Positions 1 through 7,641 of a stretch of 12,596 bases of DNA are shown one piece after another (the stretch's first letter is position 1; each line of letters starts with the position of its first letter). The position numbers were made by a program, and so were the translations under genes. Under the pieces are notes generated by a model that was not told the origin of the DNA, did no database searches, and saw nothing but the letters and a program-made list of their open reading frames with translations. Source of the DNA: a virus (lineage: Duplodnaviria; Heunggongvirae; Uroviricota; Caudoviricetes); the IMG/VR virus record IMGVR_UViG_2695420714_000002, one strand, 5' to 3'.

Positions 1-44
1 GCCCGTTGACGGACTTCAGGGGAAAAACGAGTATTTTTAGTCAT
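1..44 (-). CDS. IS3-family transposase OrfA, N-terminal fragment (MTKNTRFSPEVRQR...), runs off the window
   Basis: ATG at 44..42 on the minus strand, preceded by GAGG about 9 nt upstream. The translation MTKNTRFSPEVRQR matches the N-terminus of IS629-family OrfA as I recall it. Confidence 0.7.
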   Translation of the reverse strand, partial: MTKNTRFSPEVRQR

Positions 45-98
45 CCTGTTTACCTCTTTCTCAGGAAGTTTAGTCTCCAGGATTCCCGGGGCGGTTCA
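1..98 (-). mobile_element. Left end of an IS3-family insertion sequence (IS629/IS1203/IS3411-like), partial; continues beyond the left edge of the window
   Basis: The minus strand from position 98 reads TGAACCGCCCCGGGAATCCTGGAGACTAAACTTCCTGAGAAAGAGGTAAACAGG followed by ATGACTAAAAATACTCGTTTTTCCCCTGAAGTCCGTCAACGGGC. From memory this matches the terminal inverted repeat and orfA leader of IS629-type elements, including the TG terminus typical of the IS3 family. The IS terminal TGA supplies the stop codon of the adjacent 371-aa ORF. Confidence 0.75.
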
Positions 99-1211
99 GT
101 TATATCGCTTTCCTGCTGCCTCAATGAATTTTTGTTGCCCTTTAGTCGCAGATTCATAAAGCTGTTTATCAGAAATGCCACCCAGACCATCGCTAAATGT
201 TCTGACTAAATTTTCTCGTGCTTGTTGTTGATTCAGCCGATTCTTACCGGTTCCAAAAAAAGGAACTCTTTCGCCTAATGTCTGAGCCTGACTCTGCATA
301 AAGGTTTTATCTTTCAGCATGTCACTGGTCATTAACGGCAGATTTCTTTCCGATGCAAAGTCGACAGCAGCCTTTGCTTCAGGCGACATATCACCACGAA
401 CAGCCCTCGAAACCGCACTCGCTGTATTTTCCAGCCCCTTACCAATACCACCAATGCCAGCAGAAATTACCGTTTGTAACGGATCAATATCTTCTCCACC
501 AGCCTTGCTGGTGGCTCCCTGTAGTGCTAAATCTGTAGCTGCTGATTTTCCTATGGCACCAAGCACCGTTCCAGCCCTGCCCGCTGGTGTAAACGCCAGC
601 GCATTAGCCAGAAACGAAGTCAGGTCTTGCGGTGATAAACCCGGCTTGTTCAGGGCATAATCACCTGATGGCAGAGAAACGATAGTATTCCCCTTCTCAT
701 CCTGCCTTAATGTCGCCCCCATGCCCTGAAGAATCTTTTCCTGAGACGCGTCAGAGCCGAAAAGTTGAGACCATCCAGCCTTCAGGGCATCCATGCTTAG
801 TGAGTTCAATTCTGGGGCAGAGGCGACATTTTGCAGTCTCTCCATCTCTGGAGTCATTCGGCTTTCGCCTGTTATAGCATCGCGCATCGCAGTCCCAAGA
901 CTGGCTCCCTGTTCTGCTGAACGCTCAAGCCCCTCTCTTTGCTGAGTAGCTAACTTTGCATACCCTGACGCAAGAGAATTATCAGATGATGTATGTTGAA
1001 TATTTTGAGTTGCTGATTGGGAGCGGTCTATTTCATTCGTAGATGGTAGTGGATAGGCAGCATAAAAAGCCTGCTTAGCCTGCTCTACACTTTCTCCGGC
1101 TTGCGGGGCCACGACTTCATTGAAGTATTGCTCCTGAGCCTGCACTTTTTGTTCTGGTGCTAACGCCTGATACTGTGGAGAGGCGATAACATCTTTCCAT
1201 GCTTTAGCCAT
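96..1211 (-). CDS. Putative phage ejection (DNA-transfer) protein, P22 gp16-like by synteny, C-terminally truncated by the IS insertion (371 aa)
   Basis: Complete ORF in the track, last gene of a coupled four-gene cassette; its start overlaps the stop of the upstream gene by 1 nt. Ala/Gly/Gln/Ser-rich, low-complexity composition. The stop codon is the first 3 nt of the IS end, so the natural C-terminus is missing (P22 gp16 is about 609 aa, from memory). Assignment rests on size, order and composition only. Confidence 0.45.
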   Translation of the reverse strand: MAKAWKDVIASPQYQALAPEQKVQAQEQYFNEVVAPQAGESVEQAKQAFYAAYPLPSTNEIDRSQSATQNIQHTSSDNSLASGYAKLATQQREGLERSAEQGASLGTAMRDAITGESRMTPEMERLQNVASAPELNSLSMDALKAGWSQLFGSDASQEKILQGMGATLRQDEKGNTIVSLPSGDYALNKPGLSPQDLTSFLANALAFTPAGRAGTVLGAIGKSAATDLALQGATSKAGGEDIDPLQTVISAGIGGIGKGLENTASAVSRAVRGDMSPEAKAAVDFASERNLPLMTSDMLKDKTFMQSQAQTLGERVPFFGTGKNRLNQQQARENLVRTFSDGLGGISDKQLYESATKGQQKFIEAAGKRYN

Positions 1212-2632
1212 TAATCACCCCATAGTGAAGAAAAATTACTGCTGGCTGCTGGCTGTGATACCTGCTCAGATTGCGGCAATGTCTGCGACGAAGAAGAAGT
1301 TCCTCTGTCAACTGCTGAAATAACACGCAAAGCATCATAAGCTCGACCAGAAGCAGCTTTCAGCGAATTGAACTGGTTTTCCATCTTCCGGCGCTTGGTA
1401 TCAATGGTTTTTGTGGAGTCGCCAGGCTGAGGGAAATACATTTGATAATATTTTGACATTTCAGCAGGTACGATAGCTGCCCCTGTTTCCTGACGGAGTA
1501 TTGCCATTATTGCGTCATTAGCATTAACAACGTATTGCTGCTCTGTTGGGCTGAGCGTTAAGTTAGCCAGCGTCCCATTACCCAAAGCATTATTAATGAT
1601 CGCCACTCGCTGTGGGCTAAGCTGGCCTTTCAGTGTATCCATTGAATCAAGAGCATCCCTAACTCTGTATGCAAATCCAGCAGCTTTTTTAGCCCCTTCT
1701 GGCGACTTTTCCATGATCTTTTGGGCTGTTGGCAAAGCTATTGGACGAAACCCATCTCCAGATATTGGCTGGTTTAGTTTTCCCTGCTCTTCACTTCCGT
1801 CTGTGTAGTATTTTGTGACAGTGCCATCATCGTTTTCCCTAACACTCATTAATTTTTTGGCGTTTGTATTAATTCCAGCCGCTGCCGCAAATGCCGCTGC
1901 CCCCTCTGGATCCGCCTTTAACATTTGCGCGTACTGATTGTAATTCTGCATTGCGGCTGTTGGTGCATATGCTGACGTTAACGCATTTGCTCGGCTAATA
2001 TCCTGCCCTCTCGCCTGAAGCGCCTCTCCAGCCTGATTGCTGCGGATTGTCTCTGCCAACTTGCCACGCTCAATATCCCGACCTTCCATTCGATCTTTGA
2101 TATCGAAGTACTTCTCATGACCGAGAGAAAACAGTGCCATACTACCAGCAAGCCGCTGGAATTCCTGTGGATCATTAACATGCATTTCGGCAACAGACTC
2201 AGGAGAAATTCCCAAGCGACGCATTTCATCTTCGTTATCTGCTATGAATTTTCCAAATGCCCCAGTTCCGAGCGAAGATGCGATTTGAGCACTAGTCGCA
2301 AGATGACCAATAGAATTTCTCTGGTCGTCATCAATAAAGCCCATCCCTTTCTGAACGCTTTCAAATTCTTCTGGATACTCAGAAATAAGACTGCGCATTT
2401 TGTTTCTGTCTCCAGACTCAAAAGCCCCGGCATATGCTTTCTGAAACTCTGCTTTACGCTGTTGTTGACGTGCCTGCTGATTAATCTCAGCAACGCCTCT
2501 TAGCCCCTGTAGCGCCATTAAACCTACGTTTGGCTGCTGCTGAAACTGCACAGGCTGAGGAACGGAAGAACGAGGAGCATTATCATTTTGCGGTACCATG
2601 CTAGGCAGCCCGCCAAGTTGCCATGTCGCCAT
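1211..2632 (-). CDS. Putative phage ejection (DNA-transfer) protein, P22 gp20-like (473 aa)
   Basis: 473-aa ORF. Overlaps the upstream gene stop at 2632 and the downstream gene start at 1211 by 1 nt each. Size matches P22 gp20 (about 471 aa, from memory) and it sits between gp7-like and gp16-like genes. Gln/Ala-rich, predicted helical. No similarity search was possible. Confidence 0.5.
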   Translation of the reverse strand: MATWQLGGLPSMVPQNDNAPRSSVPQPVQFQQQPNVGLMALQGLRGVAEINQQARQQQRKAEFQKAYAGAFESGDRNKMRSLISEYPEEFESVQKGMGFIDDDQRNSIGHLATSAQIASSLGTGAFGKFIADNEDEMRRLGISPESVAEMHVNDPQEFQRLAGSMALFSLGHEKYFDIKDRMEGRDIERGKLAETIRSNQAGEALQARGQDISRANALTSAYAPTAAMQNYNQYAQMLKADPEGAAAFAAAAGINTNAKKLMSVRENDDGTVTKYYTDGSEEQGKLNQPISGDGFRPIALPTAQKIMEKSPEGAKKAAGFAYRVRDALDSMDTLKGQLSPQRVAIINNALGNGTLANLTLSPTEQQYVVNANDAIMAILRQETGAAIVPAEMSKYYQMYFPQPGDSTKTIDTKRRKMENQFNSLKAASGRAYDALRVISAVDRGTSSSSQTLPQSEQVSQPAASSNFSSLWGD

Positions 2633-3309
2633 TAGAATCCAAGCCCCCCAACAAGACCAATAAGCCCACCACCAATAGCCCCGGCGACATTACCTATACC
2701 CGGAACAACGGAACCAAGTTGCGCACCCGCTAAAGCGCCTGATGCCGCCCCACCAATACCACGCGCAAGACTGGATGGCTGCTGCGCCTGACCTGCACGA
2801 ATAGCGCCAAGCCCCTGCAAGAGTTGTCCGGTATTATTGGCGTAGTTTTGCCCTGCTGTTGCCTGCCCTGATGCCGCATTCATCCCGACATTTAGCAGGT
2901 TTCCATAATTTTGCATTTGCCCACTAAGCCAATTGTTATAAAGCATGGGCGCAATGGAAGATAACTGGTTACTGGTAGCTGTTGAGCCAAGCCCCCCGGT
3001 AGCTTCTGCTGAGACAAGGTTCTGATAACGGGCCTGATCTGCCTGTGTTTTATATAAACCAGAACCAAAGAAATCATTCGCGGCTTTATTCTGCCCTTCC
3101 AGAGTCATCAGTCCTTGTAGTTGTTGTAAAGCAGGCAATCCGACTTCTGCATACGGCTTGAGATTATTCATCACCGTATTCCACTGCTCGCGCTGCAAAT
3201 CAATTGCCTGCTGCTGGGCCTTCGCCTGAGCTTTAGAGGCACCACCATCACCGCCTTTTTCGTATACGGCACGATTGAGATGTTTATGAGCTATATGGGT
3301 AATTAACAC
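2632..3309 (-). CDS. Putative phage ejection (DNA-transfer) protein, P22 gp7-like (225 aa) with glycine-zipper hydrophobic C-terminus
   Basis: 225-aa ORF; P22 gp7 is about 229 aa (from memory). The C-terminal 40 residues are GIGGAASGALAGAQLGSVVPGIGNVAGAIGGGLIGLVGGLGF, a GxxxG-rich hydrophobic segment. Overlaps the upstream gene by 7 nt. Confidence 0.5.
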   Translation of the reverse strand: MLITHIAHKHLNRAVYEKGGDGGASKAQAKAQQQAIDLQREQWNTVMNNLKPYAEVGLPALQQLQGLMTLEGQNKAANDFFGSGLYKTQADQARYQNLVSAEATGGLGSTATSNQLSSIAPMLYNNWLSGQMQNYGNLLNVGMNAASGQATAGQNYANNTGQLLQGLGAIRAGQAQQPSSLARGIGGAASGALAGAQLGSVVPGIGNVAGAIGGGLIGLVGGLGF

Positions 3310-3764
3310 TCGCTGAATTCCTTATATTGTTGCCGAGTTAACTGATAAAGCGTTACGCCGACGGGTTTACCACATCTGATATAAGCATCATCAAGGTGAC
3401 CAACACGGGTAGCGCCAAGCAAACTGATAATTGCCCGTCCGTATTTCGTTGTGTCAGGAACCATGGTAATGCTGTTAAGGAATGGTGAGTTTTCGAGAAG
3501 CCATTTGCAGAATAATCGATGCCCTTGCAGTGCATATTCACCACGGAATCCGGGGTCGTACACCGCATGGCATTCAACAATGCTATGCCAGAAGTTACGC
3601 ACTTCATGAACGCCAGCCAGCACCAATCCTTCGTAGATACCGAGATATACCGCATCAGGCTTGATGTAGTACGTGTGCCCCGGCTCAACAATATTTTCGG
3701 TATTGCCAGGCTCGTTGAGAAAGGCCTGTAATCGCACAGGGTTATCAATAAATTTTAGTTCCAT
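3303..3764 (-). CDS. Hypothetical 153-aa protein, P22 gene-14-like position upstream of the ejection-protein genes (alternative: small acetyltransferase-like protein)
   Basis: 153-aa ORF, first large gene of the cassette; translation MELKFIDNPVRLQAF...YIRCGKPVGVTLYQLTRQQYKEFSEC. Weak SD (GGATGG) upstream of the ATG at 3764. The family assignment is an inference from synteny. Confidence 0.45.
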   Translation of the reverse strand: MELKFIDNPVRLQAFLNEPGNTENIVEPGHTYYIKPDAVYLGIYEGLVLAGVHEVRNFWHSIVECHAVYDPGFRGEYALQGHRLFCKWLLENSPFLNSITMVPDTTKYGRAIISLLGATRVGHLDDAYIRCGKPVGVTLYQLTRQQYKEFSEC

Positions 3765-3780
3765 GCGATGCCATCCATTT

Positions 3781-3942
3781 TCACATACAGCCTGCCAGCG
3801 CCTTATCTATTAACCCTCGTGCAATTTCATGCAGAGTTGGCGCTACTCCAATTCCTGATTTTTTACGCTGCTCTTCCTGAATTTTCTTTATCGCTTCCAT
3901 TTGCTTCTCACTTATCAATACCGGCTTTACTGAAATAGCCAT
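3781..3942 (-). CDS. Small 53-aa protein with ribbon-helix-helix-like residue pattern (not in the ORF track, below its size cutoff)
   Basis: ATG at 3942..3940 with a strong SD (AAGGGGG) about 5 nt upstream; stop TGA at 3783..3781, 16 nt before the 153-aa gene start. Translation MAISVKPVLISEKQMEAIKKIQEEQRKKSGIGVAPTLHEIARGLIDKALAGCM shows a short beta-strand-like segment followed by two helix-like segments, as in Arc/MetJ/CopG proteins. Confidence 0.45.
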   Translation of the reverse strand: MAISVKPVLISEKQMEAIKKIQEEQRKKSGIGVAPTLHEIARGLIDKALAGCM

Positions 3943-3969
3943 AACGCCCCCTTAGAACTGTATAAAACA

Positions 3970-4010
3970 ACAGTTATTATAGTTTCACAAATCGCAATAT
4001 TCATCATCGT
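3970..4010 (-). promoter_or_regulatory. Candidate sigma70-type promoter for the 53-aa ORF and ejection-protein cassette
   Basis: Minus-strand TATAAT (plus-strand attata at about 3976-3981) lies about 30 nt upstream of the SD of the 53-aa ORF. The -35 region is weak. A 6-bp inverted repeat AACTGT-N8-ACAGTT (about 3956-3975) overlaps the predicted transcription start. Confidence 0.3.
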
Positions 4011-4037
4011 AATTGCAAAATATGAAACAGATAGCAC

Positions 4038-4070
4038 AAAAAAATGCCACCGCTCAGTAGCTGGTGGCAT
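4038..4070 (-). terminator. Rho-independent terminator closing the primase operon
   Basis: 8-bp stem ATGCCACC/GGTGGCAT (about 4044-4051 and 4063-4070) with an 11-nt loop. On the minus strand it is followed immediately by a run of 7 T (plus-strand A7 at 4038-4044). Confidence 0.5.
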
Positions 4071-4262
4071 CGTTCTGTGTGTCAGGTTTTGACAGGTTTT
4101 TTATGGACTCTAAAAACTATATTTATGGTGTCGCATTACTCTTCACGGCAGGCGCTTTTCAGTTCTGCCCTTGCTTCTGGCTCCATTGGTAATTTGATTC
4201 GCGATCAGCTATGCGGATGGTTTGCTGAACAGGTATAACAACTTCTCAGGGGCTGTTTTCTG

Positions 4263-4340
4263 AACTACGAAAATTTCGTAGTGCTCACTTTCAAAAACGT
4301 CACGCCCTTGTACACAGGATTTTACGAAAGTCTCGTAAAA
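4263..4340. promoter_or_regulatory. Two related palindromic operator-like sites sharing the half-site TACGAAA
   Basis: Site 1 at about 4263-4283: aaCTACGAAA-a-TTTCGTAGtg. Site 2 at about 4320-4340: TTTTACGAAA-g-TcTCGTAAAA. Their centres are about 57 bp apart, in the non-coding region between the primase stop and the terminator. Confidence 0.4.
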
Positions 4341-4389
4341 CACTCTCTGATGCCAGCCAGGTGTTGTGCGCATCAATTCAGTCACATTG

Positions 4390-4501
4390 TGTTGGTTCAA
4401 AATACCGTGCTGTTGGTTCAGTGTTGGTTCAATAAAAAGAATAAAATTCTTATAAAACAATACTCTTTACAAATTGAACCAACTGAACCAACTGAACCAA
4501 C
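4390..4501. repeat. Iteron cluster: three direct and three tandem inverted copies of GTTGGTTCA flanking an AT-rich spacer; putative replication origin or cis-replication region
   Basis: TGTTGGTTCA at 4390-4399, 4411-4420 and 4422-4431. TGAACCAAC, the reverse complement, in perfect tandem at 4475-4483, 4484-4492 and 4493-4501. The roughly 43-bp spacer between them (4432-4474) is strongly AT-rich. The cluster lies directly downstream of the primase gene. Confidence 0.6.
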
Positions 4502-4526
4502 GCCTTTTCTACGCACATGAAGAAGC

Positions 4527-7286
4527 TCATTCTTCAGATGAGTTGTAATCTCCTGGCTGGTAATTGAGTACATAAACGTTTATTTGTCGTCCCTGAATAC
4601 GTGGTGATTTTCTTTGGTATCCACGACCGCTGTTTGGTGGGGTTAGCATCCCGGCTTTTTTCAACACTTCAGCAAACTGTTTTGCGTTGAAACCACATGC
4701 GATCTCCTTTTCAAATGTGGCCGGGAATGTGTAGAAAATCATTGGGCTTTCGTCATGTTCTCCACGCTGACGGTATCCGGCTAAATCTTTGATGGGCAAA
4801 TCTGCCGGGCTGTATGGAAATGGTGCAAAACGGCTAAGCCCATAGGCATTAAGAAATGCCTCCGTTTGTTCAATAATCTGCTGATGTTCTTTGTTACCTG
4901 TGCCGAACTCGCGCAACCATGCGTTATAGCTGTGCTGTATCGCATCACGGCATGTCTGAGCATCCCAGCCTGTTACAACCTCGCCTAACAGCAATGCGGC
5001 CTCCAGAATGGCAAATCGCGCGGCTACACGGTGAACCTGCTCACCATAATCGGATGGGATCAGACTTCTCCATCTGCTTTCGCAGTCACGAACAGTTTTA
5101 ATTGCCTGTTGCTGGTGGTCTGCCAGCCATTTAATCCACTCACGCCCGGCTGCGCCGTGGTGATGCTGGTAAGCGTCTTTCAGTGCGTCTGCGTGCTGTT
5201 TTCCGTTCTGGTAATCGTGAAAGCGTACTGCTTTACTCAACGGAATATTCAGCAGTCGCACCAGTTGCCCGGCTTTGGTTTTTCGCCCGGAAGTAGCGAT
5301 AAATGTTTCTAAATCCATTTCTCCGGTGCTGATTGCCACTGTACGCCAGCGTTTTAGATCCCGGTTTCCACCATCTTTAGCGCCTTGCAGTTTCCCTACA
5401 CCGTTAAATAACGCATAGGCAGACTGTGAAACACTGACAGGATCAGCGCCCTGACCAACTTCATCAAGCGGCATTAGTCCGTCATTGTGGGCGGCGGCTT
5501 CATTTGCCAGCCCCAGCGCGGTTCCGTACCACGTCAGCCGCAGTAAATCAGGGTTGCCGTATAAGCTGCTCGCCACGTTTGCCGTGGTGGTCTTACCTGC
5601 GCTCGACTGCTCATAGAAATGAATGCCGAACCCGTCAGCGCCCACCAGCCCAATCAATGGCGCTGCCAGTGCTGCGCCGATCCCGGTCATCATTGAATAG
5701 TTACCAAAGGCCAGACGCGCCACGTTATCACGCCAGCTTTTCGCGCTCCCTGAGACGGTATATCCGGCTGCGGCTGAGCTTCTCCCGCTGAACAGCACAG
5801 GATTTTCAGGTGTTCCGATGATTTCCCCATCAGGCATGATGTACGCTCCGCATTGCCAGCCAGTGGCATGAGCAACACGCCACAATTCACGAGAGCCACT
5901 GCGTTGTAGCCAGTCTGCCAGTATTGCTCTGAGGCTGCTTTTGGTCGTGACATTTACCCCACCAGCTTTAAGTGTGCGCCATCCTTCACGTTCACCAATA
6001 TCAGCCAGTGGAATGGCAGCGGTTGTCGGCGTTTCAGAACCAAACGACAGCCAGCGAAGAATGAGATACTGGTCTTTATCGTCTCTGCCAGTACCGATAA
6101 CGCTTAACGGAGAACATAACCAGCTTTCGTTATTGATGATTTCTCCACTCTGGCTGTCAGCTCTCGGAGATACCCAATAAATGCCATCCTCGCGGCTTTC
6201 TATTCTTGGTTTCAGTGGGTCGGTATCCATAACCTTAAAATCGCTTCCCTCAATGGTTTGTGGCTCCTGTTTCACGCCATTACCCTGTGGTTGGTACATT
6301 GACTTATTGAACGCTTCTGTGGCGCATTTAATGCCGTGTTTTTGGTGGTAATCATTCCAGTCTGCTTTGTGATCTGTCGGGGGTAATGCCACCCATCCAG
6401 AAACAGATAAAGCTGCTTTTTCTGCTGCTATTCTCCCCGTGTTTTGTCTTCCTTCGCTGTGGTCGTTATCCGCAGCAATGATGATTTGTGCTGAAGGAAA
6501 TTTATCCCGCAGTACCTGGGCGACATATAACAGGTTCCCGGCATCAATCGCCGCCACTGTCAGCGCCTCTGGACGCATTAAATGGGCAGATAATGCCGTT
6601 GCCAGCCCTTCTGCGATTAAGATGCTCTGTGTTGTTTCTGGTGCGTTTATGGCGTGATATGCCCCCCGCTTTGCTGAACCTATCAGGAGTCTTTTTTCAC
6701 CATGTGAGGTAATAGTCTGTGCTGCTGTTACTGCGCCGGATTTATCCACCAGCGCCAGCAACAGAGATCCATCGGGCAACACGGGGAATGTAAAATCACC
6801 TACCCCTTTCGCAACCAGATAATCAGATTTGCCGTTTACAGCCTTTCTGCGCATGTCATCAAACTGACGGGAAAACGTATCCCGTCTTTGTTGTTCGTCC
6901 TTCTCTGCCCTTTTCAGGCGCTCCTGTTCGCGTCGCTGGCGCTCGGTTTCCAGTTGTTCCCGTTTCTGGCTGGTGGCTTCTGGTGTTTCCGTTGTCCGGT
7001 AATCAATACCCAGAACATCAGCGGCAAGAAGCGCCGCCTCTGTTGTGTCGCAGTTATTTACGCGTTTAATTAAATCCAGCCCATCACCAGCGCCGCACTG
7101 ATTACAGATGAAGCTACCGCGCCCGTTGTCATCGAACCGGAATCGATCTTTGCCCCCACATGCAGGGCAGGGAGCATGACGGCGCGGAGAGTCAGGGACA
7201 TTTATGTTCAGGCAGCCCAGCACATGAGGCCAGTTGTTTTCAGACGCACTGATAACCTGACGGATAAGATCAATGTTTCGCATCAC
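4527..7286 (-). CDS. Phage/plasmid-type DNA primase with zinc-binding N-terminus, TOPRIM domain and C-terminal P-loop NTPase (P4 alpha-like architecture), 919 aa
   Basis: Zinc-finger-like CPACGGKDRFRFDD...CNQCG near the N-terminus; TOPRIM-like acidic motif IIIAADNDHSEG; Walker A-like FYEQSSAGKTT. The first codon is GTG at 7286 with an ATG at 7283; a G-rich SD lies upstream. The start overlaps the upstream 123-aa gene by 17 nt. Confidence 0.85.
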   Translation of the reverse strand: MMRNIDLIRQVISASENNWPHVLGCLNINVPDSPRRHAPCPACGGKDRFRFDDNGRGSFICNQCGAGDGLDLIKRVNNCDTTEAALLAADVLGIDYRTTETPEATSQKREQLETERQRREQERLKRAEKDEQQRRDTFSRQFDDMRRKAVNGKSDYLVAKGVGDFTFPVLPDGSLLLALVDKSGAVTAAQTITSHGEKRLLIGSAKRGAYHAINAPETTQSILIAEGLATALSAHLMRPEALTVAAIDAGNLLYVAQVLRDKFPSAQIIIAADNDHSEGRQNTGRIAAEKAALSVSGWVALPPTDHKADWNDYHQKHGIKCATEAFNKSMYQPQGNGVKQEPQTIEGSDFKVMDTDPLKPRIESREDGIYWVSPRADSQSGEIINNESWLCSPLSVIGTGRDDKDQYLILRWLSFGSETPTTAAIPLADIGEREGWRTLKAGGVNVTTKSSLRAILADWLQRSGSRELWRVAHATGWQCGAYIMPDGEIIGTPENPVLFSGRSSAAAGYTVSGSAKSWRDNVARLAFGNYSMMTGIGAALAAPLIGLVGADGFGIHFYEQSSAGKTTTANVASSLYGNPDLLRLTWYGTALGLANEAAAHNDGLMPLDEVGQGADPVSVSQSAYALFNGVGKLQGAKDGGNRDLKRWRTVAISTGEMDLETFIATSGRKTKAGQLVRLLNIPLSKAVRFHDYQNGKQHADALKDAYQHHHGAAGREWIKWLADHQQQAIKTVRDCESRWRSLIPSDYGEQVHRVAARFAILEAALLLGEVVTGWDAQTCRDAIQHSYNAWLREFGTGNKEHQQIIEQTEAFLNAYGLSRFAPFPYSPADLPIKDLAGYRQRGEHDESPMIFYTFPATFEKEIACGFNAKQFAEVLKKAGMLTPPNSGRGYQRKSPRIQGRQINVYVLNYQPGDYNSSEE

Positions 7287-7641
7287 CGTACCCCACGTGG
7301 TCTATAGCGTTTGCGATATGGCTAACCAGCATCTGCCACTTGGTTATTCCGTAATCAGTCAGCATGCCATCATTGTTTAGCCACATATCAAATTCAGCGG
7401 TTGTCGCAAGTTTCCACTTATCGCCGTGGACAGTCCTCATTGCTGGGTACATGAATGCGCAAATCAGATCACAAACATCTGACGGCTTCAGAGATGTAGT
7501 AATGGTGCGTCCCTCTGGCGTCTGAATTGCCATTTTCTCTTCACTAGTAGAATGAAGGTTATGAATCCACACAGCGCCAGCAATCTTTGCCACCTGCTCT
7601 CCGATTGCGGAGCTAAGCGCCATTTCTGCATTTTCACGCAT
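7270..7641 (-). CDS. Hypothetical protein (123 aa), translationally coupled to the primase
   Basis: ATG at 7641 with SD GGGAGG 5-6 nt upstream; 8-nt overlap with the upstream gene; the 3' end overlaps the primase start. Confidence 0.6.
   Translation of the reverse strand: MRENAEMALSSAIGEQVAKIAGAVWIHNLHSTSEEKMAIQTPEGRTITTSLKPSDVCDLICAFMYPAMRTVHGDKWKLATTAEFDMWLNNDGMLTDYGITKWQMLVSHIANAIDHVGYGDAKH

Noticed and set aside
6-209. Plus-strand 67-aa ORF with a TTG start at the left edge
   Set aside because: It spans the IS end and the 3' end of the minus-strand 371-aa gene, has no RBS, and belongs to neither. Shadow ORF.
4044-4520. ORFs across the non-coding origin-like region (4044..4238 +, 4209..4460 -, 4281..4520 +)
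   Set aside because: They run through the terminator, palindromes and iterons; the EPTEPTEPT in one translation is simply the tandem 9-bp repeat being read. No RBS. Treated as non-coding DNA.
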